Assembly (NCBI RefSeq): GCF_006345805.1
Contig: NC_043000.1
Location: 55,118,001 to 55,182,000, forward strand
Source of the DNA: Octopus sinensis
Lineage: Eukaryota
Length of the DNA: 64,000 nucleotides
Direction: 5' to 3'
Numbering within the stretch: position 1 is the first letter of the stretch; the number at the start of each line of letters is the position of its first letter. Position numbers and translations under genes: made by a program. Shown piece by piece: positions 24,462 through 37,956 of the stretch. Below the pieces are notes generated by a model that had not been told where the DNA came from, did no database searches, and worked only from the letters and a program-made list of their open reading frames with translations.

Positions 24462-27275
24462 CAGAGGCGGATCTAGCGTAAAACTAAATAAGCTTAAGCT
24501 TCAGAATCCCTAATCTCGGAGAGACCCATCTGAAGTAACTTAAATTTTCATTGTCATTTTTTTTATTTTTGCAGATTGCTGTTAACAGTCTTAATGGACA
24601 TCATATCATACTCCTATGCAGAGTCTAGATATGCAGTGTCTAGTCACAAGTTGTTCAACAAATGTTTCTGCTGGTGTGGAGTAGCATAAAAAATAAAAGT
24701 ACAAACGACTCACAGATAATTCACTTTACTTGAGTTACTTTAGAAACTTCAGCCCAGTCCATCCCATTGTCAAATGTGTCTACTACTACTATATCAGCAC
24801 GGCAGATATAAGAATTCTTATTTTCACGCCATTATTTAATGATCAATGAAAGGTTTAAATTTAATGGTTTCAAAGACTACAGTGACTTGGCAAACTGGCC
24901 CGTAACAATTGATAATGTTTTCATACAAAACTGTTTAATTCAATACATCAGTTTGGTTTTTCAAAATGATAAACCAGATAAAGTATATACTGAGTCGAAC
25001 AAGATCTACAAACAAAATCGAAGTTTCTGAAACAAGTACTATGAAAAAAGACAGAAAAATGGTCAGAGTGTAATGAGATCCTGGTTAGTTTTCTCAAAGG
25101 GGAATCTCTTTTCTAAATGCCAAATATCACTTGCAACAGGTGGGTTTTCTGATTGGATGAATATACTCAGAACTCTAGAAAATCTTGAAGACAGCATGAA
25201 AATAACAGGGCGATTTTGAACTGGCTAACACAAAAGTCAAATAAAGCCACTGTGGATCAGCAATTTGAGGAACAAGTTAGAAAAAAAAACATACAGTACT
25301 ATTTCGAAGTGCTAAAAAGAGTTGTAGCACTTAAAAGTTTTTAAGTGAAAGAGGAAAATTGGGGTTCCCCAGATAATGCAAATCTCATGGAGGCCATTGC
25401 GCTTATGGTAGAGTTTGACCCATTTATACATGAACATTTAGAGAAATGTAAAAATGAAAAAGTAAATATTACTTACCTATCCAAATCTGTGCATGAAGAA
25501 TTGATATAAATCATGGGAAAACATGTGAAAGATGAAGTGGTGAATCAGATCAACAATCTAGACACCAAATACTACTCAATTATTGGTGATTCTACACCTG
25601 ACATGTCATGTTGACCAGCTCGTAATTGTGGTTCGATACTGTCGTAATGGAAAACCCTGTGAAAGACTTTTAGCAGTTTTTGATCATAGAAAAACATTCA
25701 TCCACAACCTTGCTCAACAAAATAACAATTTCTGGAGGAGCATATGCTTTCACTTGAACATATCCGTGGTCAGTTGTATTATAAAGTTTCCAACATGAAG
25801 GACTTTGAGAAAGGGCTTCAAGCACGTCTTAAAACCATTAACAGGTATGAAGACTATGTACCATGTGCAAGCCATTCACTCAACGTTGTTTGGTAAAAGT
25901 CAGTGTCTTCTGTGCCTGAAGTTGTTGACTATTTTGGCATCTAGCAGCAGCTGTATGTTTTCTTGAATCTCCTCAAAGATGGGGGATTGTGAACACACAG
26001 GGCAATCTAGCCTTTTCACTAAAGAGCTTAAGTGTAACGAGATGATCTGCTCACTGTGAAGCAGTCCAGGCAATTAGAAATGTATATAGGGATATTTTAC
26101 AAACTATCAAATGTATGTCTGAAGACTCAGAAGAGAAGCCTGAATGTAACAGAGATGCAAAGAATTTATACCACAAGTTGGTAAAATTGGAATATGCTGT
26201 TTTAACAGTTGTTTGGGAAGGAGTTATGGAGAGCGTTTTGACAAAACAAGAAACTCCAAACACCTGGCTCTGATGTGCTTGAAGGTTACCTTCTGCTAGC
26301 ATCTTTGCTTTCATTTGTTAAAGAACTACGAGAAAATTCAGCCGACAGGAATGCACACTATGAATGAGTAGCAAAAGGTGTATGTAAATATATCACCTCA
26401 AAATATTTTGATGTTTCCAAACGCATTATTACAAAGAAATTTGCGGATGGAATAAGTGATAGGGCTTCTTTGAAAGAGGCCGAAAAATTTTGGATAGAAG
26501 TTCTAAATCAAATCTATGACTGCTTGATAATTCAGTTAAGCAGGAGGATGGATCCATATAAGCACATTGCGAAAAGAGTCAAGTTTATCTCAGAACTGAT
26601 GAACAATTCAGAATTTGATGAGAACAGTATCAAACTTACAATAACGAATTATAAAGACGATATTGACCACAAATTAATAAATGAGTGTTATCAGTTTAAA
26701 GCTTATTTACACCTTAGGAAATCCCGGAACACAGAAGAAAAAATACCATCTAAAATGCAATGCACAGAAGTTTTTCAACTTATTTATGCACAACAATTAA
26801 TTGAAAATGCCTATCACGAGCTGTGAAGTAGAAGGGAGTTCCTCAAAGCCTTCTTTTGTAAAGAATGAATTCCGGTCTACCATGACTGAAGAGCGCTGAA
26901 ATTCCTTAATGCATGTCTCTAGAAAATGACATTGCAAGGAAGCTGCCAAATGACAAAACTGTTGCTACAAAAAACAGAAAAACAAGTATCTCTTAAATTT
27001 TCCTATGTATTCTAATGGTGCATCATGCATGTTTATAGAGTTTCCCTAATTTTCAACTCCACCACATAACTCTAAAACTCATTTCAGACTCATTTTTAAG
27101 TACTCCACGTCACAACTCCACAATTTGACCTATCAGGGCCTCAAGCTGGAGCACCTTACAAAGAGGCACGAACTTTTTTGACCCTTGTTAGATGTTACCC
27201 TACTGTTGCTGGTTGTAAAGGGGGTTTCCATAACATTTTAAGCTTCATGACCCGAATATTGTTGATCCGCCACTG
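24462..27275 (+). mobile_element. Complete hAT (Tip100/ZMYM1-like) DNA transposon with a pseudogenised transposase
   Basis: TIRs CAGAGGCGGATC and GATCCGCCACTG; 8-bp TSD atggtcat (24454-24461) / atgatcat (27276-27283). Broken ORF about 24740-26930 with SWLVFS..GGFSDW, IGDSTPDMS.VDQL, YVPCASHSLN, SVTR and KNEFRSTMTEER. Confidence 0.92.
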
Positions 27276-27497
27276 ATGATCATAGCTGGAATTCTTTGAA
27301 TATAGATGTATGCATTGAGGACAGAACTGATATTAACGACTATGACATTCAGCGTCATAAAGAATATCTATAAAGTAGACTTCATTCGTATTAATCACAT
27401 GTCTGGAAATGACAATTTAATAAATCCATTAATGCTTGCGCTAACAATATGCACTCAATTATAATCGGCAGGAATATGCATTTGAGTAGGTATGATT

Positions 27498-27653
<156 letters not shown>

Positions 27654-30032
27654 ATACATGCTTGCATACAGTTATATAATTATACTAGAAATTTATACGA
27701 AAACAAAAGTGCTTTCTAATTCATATGGAATGTGTAAACAATCTTGAAGGCAATAACACGCACCCGAATAACGTAGGAAAAAGTGAGCCGACACACAAAA
27801 GTGAGTATATCCTGAGGGATTGTACTGCAGTTTTTCTAATTCTTTTGGATACCATTAAAGTTGTGAGCATATATAGACTTCTGTCTCTCGGCTGTCCCAC
27901 CTTTAAACCAGAGGAAAATCAAGTATTACGTTGTGGAAAGGAGAGACACCTGCATCGTAGTAGGTAGGTACTCATAAAATTATCTGTCTTACACGAATAT
28001 TCACCGCACTGAGTTACTCCATGAATCAAACAATGTTCGATATTACTATCTTAAACCAAACACTCTAACCATTAGGGCTACACACCTTCAAATATTTGTA
28101 AGCAGATATGCAAAGAGATGTATGGATTAAAATATAACAATATATGAATATTCATATATATCTACAGAACTTAACAAACTTTGTAGAGTGTACTCCATAT
28201 ATATTTTACCGAAAAAAATCACACATCTTAAACAAAAACAACATGCATTTCTTTGACTTATTTTGTTTATGATAAAGAGTTAAAAAGTATGATTACACAT
28301 TTGAAGATGTTATCTTAACTATTAAATTTTTCTACGTTAGGAAAAGCACTTCAAAGGAAACCGGTATATAATTTTATCTGTATACCTGTACACATAAAAA
28401 TACCTACACAAGGTTTCTTATCTACCTAAGTTTTATTGGAATATGGATGCATGGAGTTTACATAAGAAAACACGAAATGTTCAAACTTTGCTTATCATTT
28501 AATCAATTTCAGTCATCTGTTAACGTAATTCAGTTTCAGGAAAGGAATTTCACTAGCTTCGATTGAAGAAAACGTAAAAGATACAACATAGTTGCAGTAT
28601 AAATATCTACTGAGGAATATGTATATTGAACTTGAGGTGGGCGAAAGCGCATAAACGCAAACTAAATGGTTATTTCAAATAAAATTCTATGCGCTACATC
28701 AAAATTACAAGGCACTGAATGATAATGAAACTTTTCCTTGAAATTCAAGATTCTGAAATAAGTCGATACATCGTCATTTTAGTGTTTTAAAAAAACTGTA
28801 AGCAGAATGAAGTATGTATAAAAGAAATATTGCTATTTGGTATGAAATCAATTTATTTTCTTTCTCCGTAGAAAGGTTGCACGAAAACTGTATCCTATAT
28901 CACAGTTTCATAGCATATTATACAGCAGTGAATATACACATGACTACGCATATAGAATAACATAAACATACCAATGTGTTTGCGAGTGTGTGCATCTGTT
29001 CCTGTCTATTTGTACGTGTATTTGTGAGTAAATGAAAATTTGGATAAATATTATAATCGATTTAGTACAGAGATAGCTTTTGCGTTTCGATATAATTTCA
29101 TCAACTTTATCAATTTAGCTGCAATTTTCATAAAATGATATATTCAACATTGATACGCACCTATATTTCATGCGCGTGCGCACAACAAACATATACGTGC
29201 ATGCGTATTGAAATATACTTAACTAATATACATATATAGCTGTTTGTGCGTATTTATACGCACACTCACATAAACGCGCGCGCAGACACACGTATATGCG
29301 GAGGCATGTGGGACATACATGTTTGTACGTGCGTATAGGAGTGTATCTATTTAAAATTTGGAACTTGAAAATAAAGACTCAAGGTTTCAAATCTGTTGTA
29401 TCTGGGGTTTGTTTTTAATACAGATTCTGTGGTGATAGTGAGTGAAGGAAAAAATTTAACTGTTTTTGAGTAATATTGAAAGTTCTTTCCTATTCCTCAT
29501 CCCGGCACAGGTGAGGACACCATTCGGTGGCTAGGTATTGTTAATGAGGAACGGATCTGACGAAATAGAAATAAGTATTCTCCTTTCCTTTCGTTAGAAA
29601 TCCCAACAACATTTTACTAAAATGTATAAAATTCTGTTATAATTTTGTTTAAATAGTAGCTGAAGAGAGGTTCATTCGAATCCAAAAATACGAAAGTTTG
29701 ATCATTTAGTTAAACGAAACAATTGTTTGTAATATACATACAAGGTCTCATAATAGACAGCATTGTGACAATTGCTCCACATCACCCCTGTAAAACAAAT
29801 GCCCCTCCGAAATCGTCAACTGGAAACCTATGTTTTCCAATCAGTGCGTTGACAAGTTAGAAACCCTTAACTTTACAGAGTTATTACTTGAATCAACTAT
29901 ATATTCAAAATATCAAGATATATGCATCTAGTCAACTCTTATTATCTCATCTACTCCGCTATTGTACACGCACACACACACACACATACACAAATACACA
30001 AGCATAAATACATATATACATCACACAACTTA

Positions 30033-30853
30033 TATGAGGGCTGATGAATAAGTATCCGAACTGTCGTCATAGTAACGAAGCTAAAACAAAGTAAAGCTGA
30101 TTTGCACAGATTGACCTTGTACCCTGTTGTGCATATTCACTAAGGTTTGACGTTGTACCTCATTTACGCTGGTTACCGCAGTGCTTCAAAGGAACGTGTG
30201 TAGTGTGTTATCGTCGCATTGACCATAACAGAGAAAGTTGAGCAGAGAATCTACTTCAAATATTGCCAAAAGCTTTGTATACCTGCTCAGAGGCTTACGC
30301 AAAGGTTTCTAAAAGATTTCATAATTTTTTATACAATCAAGGTGATCTTCTAAAACTGAAACCCGAGTGTGTTTTTGGTCAGCTGAAAGTAGTTTTGGCA
30401 CAAACTTGACAGACGCACCTCTCATACCAAATCTTCAGAGATAATGGACCGAACTGAGGCTTAACTAATCGTCACATCCTCCGATACCTCACGGATGGTG
30501 ATTCGATGATTTCCCCTCACAGCTGCACGCACATTTGTGATGCTTTTCTCAGTTCTTCTGGTTGCGGGCCTCCGTGAACTTTCGTCAATATCGAAATTTT
30601 TCGGCCATCTGAACCACTTGTGCACTTGTGTATGACTCGTGCACTCCTCTGCATACACACTCTGCAATCTTGCGTAGGCCTCTGTGCAGGTATCGTCATG
30701 ACAACTTCCTCTGTCATGATCAATGCGACGATCACACGCTATACACCTTCCTTCCAAGCACTAATGTATATAGCGGTAGTGAGGTAGGACGTTGAAACTT
30801 GGTGTGGATGCTCAGCAGAGTTCAAGATCAATCTGTGCTAAGCAGCTTTACTC
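30033..30853. mobile_element. Two 5' halves of a mariner element fused in inverted orientation
   Basis: The + copy 30033-30303 starts TA|TGAGGGCTG.. and encodes EKVEQRI.FK.CQKL. The minus copy 30853-30305 encodes the HTH region (TCTEAYARLQ.VY..KWF..RITIREVSEDV..KFVPKLLSADQK). The two share about 220 bp of homologous leader. Confidence 0.8.
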
Positions 30854-31017
30854 TCCACCACATGCACACGTATAATCTCTGTATTTATGTCGCGTTTGTG
30901 TGAATTCACGTGTGTCTTTGATCCTTTATTTAATAAACTTAATTACTCATTACACAAATGTTATTTATTACGCATGCATTAAGTTATGGCTACTCAAAAT
31001 CCTTAAATCGAAGCTGT

Positions 31018-31049
<32 letters not shown>

Positions 31050-32699
31050 CTTCTATAATTTGTGTATTTGACGATGTTTTGTTCAAATAAGCGTGGGAAG
31101 GAAGTGTTTAGCTATATTCAACTATATCAAATTTTAAGAAATTACGAAGACAATATTCCTTTAAGACTTCATAGAATGCATGTGTAGCTTACAAAACTTC
31201 TTCTACATTGATAACATACTATATTTGTCGTACAACTGGAAACATAAAACAATATGCTTATAGTCAATGTGAAAGCTGCATTGTATGAGGGAATATGATT
31301 AGGGGGTTATTATTATACTTACATCATAGATAAAAATATAACATACGAAATACAATATTTTCTTTATAATTTAATGTTTTTTTAATGCTTCTTATTTTCA
31401 ATATCGGAAAGGAGACTTGTGACATGAACTTGTACAGAATAATACGGTATATAATTTAGAATTAATAGAGTATGTGTGAAATACACATGATGGATTATTG
31501 TTCAGCAAAAATTTCCAAGTAGCAATGTTCCTGAAATAATAGCGGTTCTGCCTACATAAATACGATGTTTAGGCAAGGTATTTGTCGATAGGCGTGTCAG
31601 TCATATTTTCCTATGCATTCCTTGTGCAGTATTGTTAACATGGCTGATTATCCCATATGTACATGATGTAATTCACAGTGGTAATTTCATTGAAAAACTA
31701 TATAAATGGCCACATGACATCCTCTTTTTAGCTATTACAAAATCAATAGATATATATGTATATATGCCACAGGACCCCAAGCGTTGCGTGAGCTTAATAA
31801 ATTATCTATGAAGAAAAACAACCAATATCAATGTAACACTTTCTAGTTTACTAGAACGAAGAACAACTCAGAATAACAAAAATAACATATAAAAATTCAT
31901 AAATAAGAATAAAATATATGTATTCCCATCGTCAACTGCCAAACAGATAGTACTGTGGTTTCGATACCTGGGTACTACCATAAACATAAACACTGCTGGT
32001 AATCAATAATAATCAACAGGATTGAAATATTAGCATAGTTTGTTACTCCAGCCTCGACTTGTTATTACATCTAGAAACATCAAAGAAAAGAGTCATTTAT
32101 AATTACAATACAGTAGCTATAGAACATATAATTTATTTCGAAATATGACTTTAAGATCGTAGGATTTAAATGTGAGTTACTATCAGCTTCATGCATCTTA
32201 AAATACAGTGATCTTTGCAAGCTATTATAGCATACCATGCATTTTCAGAAATCATTCAGATGTAAAATACAACATGGATGCTATTAGAAGAAAAGCGAGA
32301 AAACAATGAGAAAAAGCGAAAATGTATCAGAGGAAAATATATTGGAAGAAAACCGGTAAGGCATATACAAATCCCTGGTGATAAAACCTGATATGTAGTG
32401 TTGCCTAAACGTATAACTTTCTATTCGGTCGGCTGTGAATGTGAACACTCGTCGGACTATCTACATATCCCCCGTAGTAACATCTGTTGATTAATTAATT
32501 ACATATGATAAAACTCAATGTGTGTGAATACTGGCCACGCTTGCGAGTAAAAATTGAAAAACAACATACGGAGTGGGAGTGATTGAGAGTTAGACGCAGT
32601 AAATCATGCGAACATCCTTTAAAACCTTTACTCTGAAAGACTGACGTTTTACTCAAAATCAAAATGGAATTTTTATCTTAAATTGTACTTTATCAGTTT

Positions 32700-32731
32700 T
32701 ACATACGCACTTCCGCATACGCACACGCACA

Positions 32732-32820
<89 letters not shown>

Positions 32821-32970
32821 GACGGTCTTCTGTCGGTTTCCCTCAACCAAATACACTCACAAATATATGGTCGGCCCGAGATGATAGTAGAAAGCACCTT
32901 CCCAAGGTTTCATGCAGTGGAACTGAACCTGGAACCATGTGTTTGGGAAGCAAGCTTCTTACCACACAAA
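32700..32970 (-). mobile_element. tRNA-SINE, 5' half ending in (TA)n/(CA)n
   Basis: Reverse complement of the 60433 family head and core. Confidence 0.75.
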
Positions 32971-33191
32971 TTATAATTCTTTAAAAATAAAAATGTTTAA
33001 TATTTAATATTTAATTAATATAAATTAATAATTTTAAATTTTTAACTTTAAATTTAAATAATTTAAATTTTGAATTTTATATTTTATATATTTTGTATTA
33101 TATAAATTAATTTTATTTCTATGTTTTGGTTTATGTTTTTCAGTTTGATTTGCCTAATAGTGGTTTATCTCTAATTCAATTTATATATATA

Positions 33192-33423
33192 TGTTTCTTT
33201 ACTGCCCACAAAGGGCTAAACATTGAGGGGACAAACAAGGACAGGCGAAGGGATTAAGTCGATTACATCGACCTCAGTGCGAAACTGTTACTTTATATAT
33301 TGACCCCGAAAGAATGAAAGGCAAAGTCGACCTCGGCGGAATTTGAACTCAGAACGTAACGAAAGTCGAAATACCGCTAAGCAATTCGCCCGGCGCGCTA
33401 ACATTTCTGCCAGCTCGCCGCCT
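33192..33423 (-). mobile_element. tRNA-derived SINE with a Nin-like core domain
   Basis: Head GGCGGCGAGCTGGCAGAA..GAGTTCAAATTCCGCC (A/B boxes), then gaggtcgactttgcctttc..ttcggggtc..gtcgatgtaatcgac and a tail into (TA)n. Confidence 0.85.
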
Positions 33424-33450
33424 ACAATATATATGTATATATATTTCTTC

Positions 33451-33692
33451 TTTACTCGTTTATTACTGTCATTTTATTATTGTAACGCCTGTCCATTTTC
33501 TTGAAGTCTTTCGTCACAAACCTGCGACTTCTTCAGTGACACTATCCGTGTCCGTGTGTGTTCTTGTAAGTGGAGCAAGAGCACACACAGACACGAACAG
33601 TGTCGCCGAGGAGATCACAGATGTGTGATGAAAGACTTCAGGAAAATGAACAGACGTTAAAATAATAAAATGACAGTAATAAACGAGTGAAA
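33451..33692. repeat. Fold-back: about 116-bp ungapped inverted arms around a 9-nt loop, between (TA)n tracts
   Basis: 33451-33566 versus the reverse complement of 33576-33691: about 18 mismatches by hand alignment, nearly all transitions. Confidence 0.9.
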
Positions 33693-33695
33693 TAA

Positions 33696-33759
<64 letters not shown>

Positions 33760-33881
33760 ATATATAATGCGTGTTTTTATTTGGCAAAAGAAAAAAATAA
33801 TAAACAAATTGGCCATTCCGAAATACATTAATATCTGTTGCAACACACGATTTCACATCAGGAATCTTGCAAAATACAATG

Positions 33882-33921
<40 letters not shown>

Positions 33922-34072
33922 TAACAATAATAAGATACTGCTGTGACTACACATAAAACAATATCATTGATGAGGATGGTGGTGATGGTGATGGTGATGA
34001 TGATAATGATGATGGTAATGGTGGTGATAATGATGATAGTGATGATAATGGTGATGATAATAACAATAATAA

Positions 34073-37000
34073 GCCGACTACGGCTGCTATAATGGTACGA
34101 TTATAATTGTAACGGCAATGATGGCCGTCTCCCCACGAGCCAATCAAAGCTAAAAAATGATAACATTATCGTAGCACCAAAATGTTTTTGGAAACTAAAA
34201 GGAAAACTAAATCAGTATACCAAATCGCTTGTCCTATGGTTAATCTGGAAGCGCGTCCCCCAGGGAAGAGCCAGCCTGGGATCGAAAAGTCATCAACTGG
34301 CACAAACTCTTCTCCGAATACGGACATGGATGGTCACTTGAACGGGAAATCCCCCAACTCGAGCCCTCCAAGTTCACCACCACAACCACCACAGAAAGAA
34401 AAATGTAAGCGGAACAAATGGACCCGCTTACAGTATATGGAGAACACGGAATCAAGACGGTAGGCCCTATTTGGACGAGAACAAATTAGCAAATGTGAGG
34501 AGGGATATCTTTAGAAATAACAGACTCACAGACAGTGAAATAAGCGCGATCAAGCACGCAACGGAAAATGACATAAATATAAGACACAAAGGAAATGAAG
34601 AATCAGATGAACAGTATAGCCCGCCACGAGGCTTAATTGAAACACTGCCATCTGACCAAAGTACGCAAAGGCCTGAAGATACAAGAAATTCTATTGTACC
34701 TGTTAAAGATAGCCAGGAAAACGAAAAAACAACAGTAACTGAAGATCTCGCATTTGCTGAAGAACACAGAGAGTCTATGGCAGAAATGAGGCAGAAAATC
34801 CTGAATACGCTTGAAGTTGTAAGGCATACAAGTATGAATGATAGAGAACCGCTTCATAAACTCTCAAATACAAACCAAAATAAAAAACAAATCCAAATTG
34901 GCAACTATGTAACAAATGAAATAATACGAGAATTAAAACCTGATTTTACTGAGTTAAATGAAATTATTTACGCTTCTGCTAGGGCAATTGAAACCAGCTG
35001 TATGCCCCCGAAAAAACAAAGAAAACAAAACCTGGGAAGAAATCAAACCTGGAGAAGTAAAATTGAAAAAGTGATTGAATTTATGAGAGGGGAAATATCA
35101 ATATTAAATGAACTAATATGTGGAAATGATGTAAGATCCAGAACAGGAAGAAAAATGAAGAGAAAATTTGGATCCTCACCAAGAGAAGAACTGATATCAA
35201 TAAAAGAAACGCTGAAACAAAAAGTCCAAGCAAAAGCCCAAAGAATACGAAGATTTGAGAAGAGAAACAAGTTTTACAAGCAAAATAAGCTGTTCACATC
35301 CAATGCCAAAAAATTCTACAGAAATAGGGAAGGAGAAAGTAACCGTTAAAGACCCCCCTCCCATGGAAGAAGTTCAAAACTTTTGGAAAAGGATTTGGAG
35401 TGACAAGAAGACGTACAACATAAATGCTGACTGGATTATACAAACTGAAGGATCCGACCAAAATTTACAACAACAAGCATGGGAAGACATCACAATAGCA
35501 GACCTAAGAAAGGCACTCACGAAGGCCCATAATTGGAAATCCCCCGGTAAGATAGGGTGCCGAATTTCTGGCTCGCATCGCTCCCGTGCGCACACGGTAA
35601 GCTAGTTCAGCTGCTCAATGGAATTATGAGAGACCCAAAGAAAACACCTGAATGGTTAGCAAGTGGCATTACTTACCTACTCCCAAAGAATAACGAAACC
35701 AACCTTCCAAAAAACTATCGGCCTATAACCTGTCTATCCACCACGTATAAAACCCTAACATCTATCCTGGCGGAGAAAACATATGCATTCATGGAGAAGA
35801 ACGATATTTTCCCCATTGAACAAAAAGGGTGCCGCCGAGGCTCTTACGGATGCAAAGATCAACTGCTAATCAATCGTATGATCCTTGAGAACTGTCACAA
35901 CAAGCGCAGAAATCTCAGCACCGCATGGATTGACTATAAAAAGGCCTTCGACAGTATACCGCATCCATGGATCTTGAGATCGCTGGACATCTTCAAAATT
36001 TCCCCTGTGATTTCAAACTTCCTGAAGCACAATATGTCGTTGTGGAATACGAATCTCCAATTATACCACTCTGTGGAATTTTTCAAGGTGACTCACTTTC
36101 ACCTTTAATATTCTGCATAGCCCTAATACCCCTTACAAGTGAATTAAACAGAACAGGGTATGGGTATAAAATTGCCAATAAAAAAATAAGCCATCTATTT
36201 TATATGGATGACTTAAAACTTTATGGTAAAGACAATAATGAACTTGAAGGCCTATTGCGCACCGTGAAAGCATTTAGCGATGACATCGGGATGGAGTTTG
36301 GATTTGAGAAGTGTGCCAAGGCCACTTTCCAGAAAGGGAAAGTGAAGACCACAAATTCAGTAGTGTTAGATGTTGACACAGTCATAAGAGAGCTTGAGCA
36401 AGAACAAACATACAAATATTTAGGGATAAATGAAGGCTCTGGTATTCAGCATGCAAGCATGAAAGAGAAAATCAGGAAGGAATGTTATAGGAGAGTTCGT
36501 GCAGTCCTGAAATCTGAACTAAATGCACGTAACAAGGTGTTAGCTATAAATTCCTTAGCAGTTCCAGTTGTTACTTATAGCTACAATGTGTTGAACTGGA
36601 ATATGAGTGAAGTAAAGAATATAGATAGAAAAATACGCAAGCTGCTGAGTTGTAATAGGATGCACCACCCAAAGGCAGACGTAGATCGCCTTTACCTTCC
36701 CAGAGCCCAAGGAGGTCGAGGCCTGATCCAATTTGAACTAGCTTACAAAACAACCACAATTGGACTGGCCAAATATCTCGAAATATCGAATGACTGGATG
36801 CTAAAGCTCGTGGAAAATCACGAGAGACGAAAGAAGCTTCATTCTATCATCAAGGAAAGCAAAAAATTTGCTATTGATCTCGTGCAGGATACCCAAACTG
36901 AACAACCCGAGGGAAGCACGGCAACTATTGTTGCAAAGAAGGTGAAAATGATGGCAATGAAAAAAGCGCACGAGCAATTGGCTGATAGGTGGGAGGAGAA

Positions 37001-37925
37001 ACCTCTGCACAGCAAATATGTGACCCGCAGCAAACAAGCTGATGTTGACCAGAAGCAAACCCATCAGTGGCTGCGGAGCTCAGGGCTAAAAGCAGAGAGC
37101 GAAAGTTTCATCCTGGCTGCTCAAGACCAAAGCCTATTAACCCGGAACTACCAGGCCAATGTGATGAAAAATGGAGCAGACCCAAAATGCCGATTCTGCA
37201 ATGACATGATTGAAACAGTGGACCACCTAATCTCTGGATGTAAAGTCTTAGCACCAGTGGAGTATAAATTAAGACATGACAGAGTTGGCCAATATCTCCA
37301 CTGGCTAATAAGTCGGCATTACAATATCAAAACTGCCGACAAGTGGTATAATCACCACCCTGAGGCTGTAACTGAAGGAGAAAATGTAACCATTCTGTGG
37401 GACTTTCCAGTACATACAGACCGAACCATCAAGGCCAATAAACCAGATATTGTTGTGAAAGACCAAAACAATAAAGTTTGCTTATTGATCGACATGAGCA
37501 TCCCCTGTGATCATAATATCTCAGCGAAAGAGTTTGACAAGCTCAGAAAATACAAAGACCTACTCATTGAAATTGAGAAAATGTGGCATCTCAAGGCGGT
37601 TACAATACCAGTGATCGTAGGAGCACTAGGAATGATCAAGAAGGGAACCGAAAATTATATGAGAATGATCCCTGGCTTACCATCCCTGCAAGAAGTGCAA
37701 AAGATTGTCTTAACTGGTACATCACACGTATTGAGAAGAGCATTGTCGATGTGAGAACTGTTGCTGCTCATGTATTTTAATTTAACTTAAAAAAAAAAAA
37801 AAAAAATGAACGAACTACTGAGTTTGGTTTAATGGCCTACCAATATACACTATGAGTTTCTTTGCCCTAGGAGTCGGGAAGACACTCGGCAAGAAATGGA
37901 AGAAAATTTGAAAGAAGAAAAAAAA

Positions 37926-37927
<2 letters not shown>
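34073..37927 (+). mobile_element. Near-full-length R4/Dong-clade non-LTR retrotransposon (single ORF broken by four deletions)
   Basis: N-terminal KWTR..LDENKLANVRRDI; RT motifs NYRPITCL, EQKG, WIDYKKAFDSIPH, GIFQGDSLSP, YMDDLKLY; CRFC..HLISGC; RHD; PDIVV..D..KEFDK.RKY endonuclease; stop at 37754; 3'UTR runs into (TAA)n at 37928-37954. The 5' start is placed after a degenerate TAA tract (approximate). Confidence 0.95.

Positions 37928-37956
<29 letters not shown>

Noticed and set aside
35330-35560. Programmed ribosomal frameshifts in the Dong ORF
   Set aside because: R4-clade elements have a single ORF; the breaks are simple 1-nt losses without a slippery heptamer plus downstream structure.
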